From: a virus
Lineage: Duplodnaviria; Caudoviricetes
Reading direction: 5' to 3' (one strand)
DNA: 57,735 nucleotides
Virus record (IMG/VR): IMGVR_UViG_3300010371_000007
Coordinates: 1 to 57,735 of that record
In this document: piece by piece, positions 57,613 through 57,735 of the stretch
How positions within the stretch are numbered: position 1 is the stretch's first letter
Layout: each line of letters begins with the position of its first letter
Position numbers and translations under genes: made by a program
Notes under the pieces: model-generated
Seen by the model: only the letters and a program-made list of their open reading frames with translations
Told to the model about the DNA's origin: nothing
Database searches by the model: none

Positions 57613-57735
57613 ACAGCCATCTAGTCTTTTGTTTTTGCGTTGTAGAACGCCACAGTCATTTAACTTATCATCACCCGCCTGCCGCTGAGTTACCGACCCG
57701 GTAACTTCGGCGGACTAGCGCGCTCAAACCGCAGG
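57613..57735. repeat. Direct terminal repeat / circular overlap, right copy
   Basis: Identical to 1-123; includes the duplicate palindrome copy at 57689-57705. Confidence 0.95.

Noticed and set aside
1-57735. Integrase, CI repressor, tRNA, reverse transcriptase/DGR, DNA methyltransferase
   Set aside because: No supporting motifs or cloverleaf structures seen by eye; absence not computationally verified.

Overview
This window looks like a complete, high-GC, podovirus-like dsDNA phage genome of about 57.6 kb; bases 1-123 are repeated exactly at 57613-57735, indicating a circular or terminally redundant assembly. The plus-strand arm (1350-30508) carries virion genes: an FN3-like decoration protein, tail fibre, lysis cassette with spanins, portal, scaffold, capsid, short-tail proteins and ejected internal proteins. 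The terminase pair sits inverted inside this arm. The minus-strand arm (about 57050 down to 30650) carries many small early ORFs, an AAA ATPase plus vWA/HExxH module, and a replication module (family A DNA polymerase, PD-(D/E)XK exonuclease, VRR-NUC, SNF2 helicase, SSB-like protein, primase-helicase). I saw no integrase, CI-like repressor, tRNA or CRISPR array. Four things stand out. (1) The giant internal virion protein (22657-30508) contains a clear GGDEF diguanylate-cyclase domain, a HExxH zincin motif and a PLxRFG-like motif, and lies tail-to-tail with an Acb2-like cyclic-nucleotide sponge gene. (2) A 17-bp palindrome GTTACCG-N3-CGGTAAC occurs at 10 distinct sites, all in the early arm and mostly just upstream of start codons or next to promoters. 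(3) Two adjacent ejection-protein genes each show a +1 frame break in the same local context. (4) There is a second recurring motif (CTTATCATCA) and a 57-bp duplication shared by two unrelated ORFs. All family assignments come from motif recognition by eye; no database search was run.
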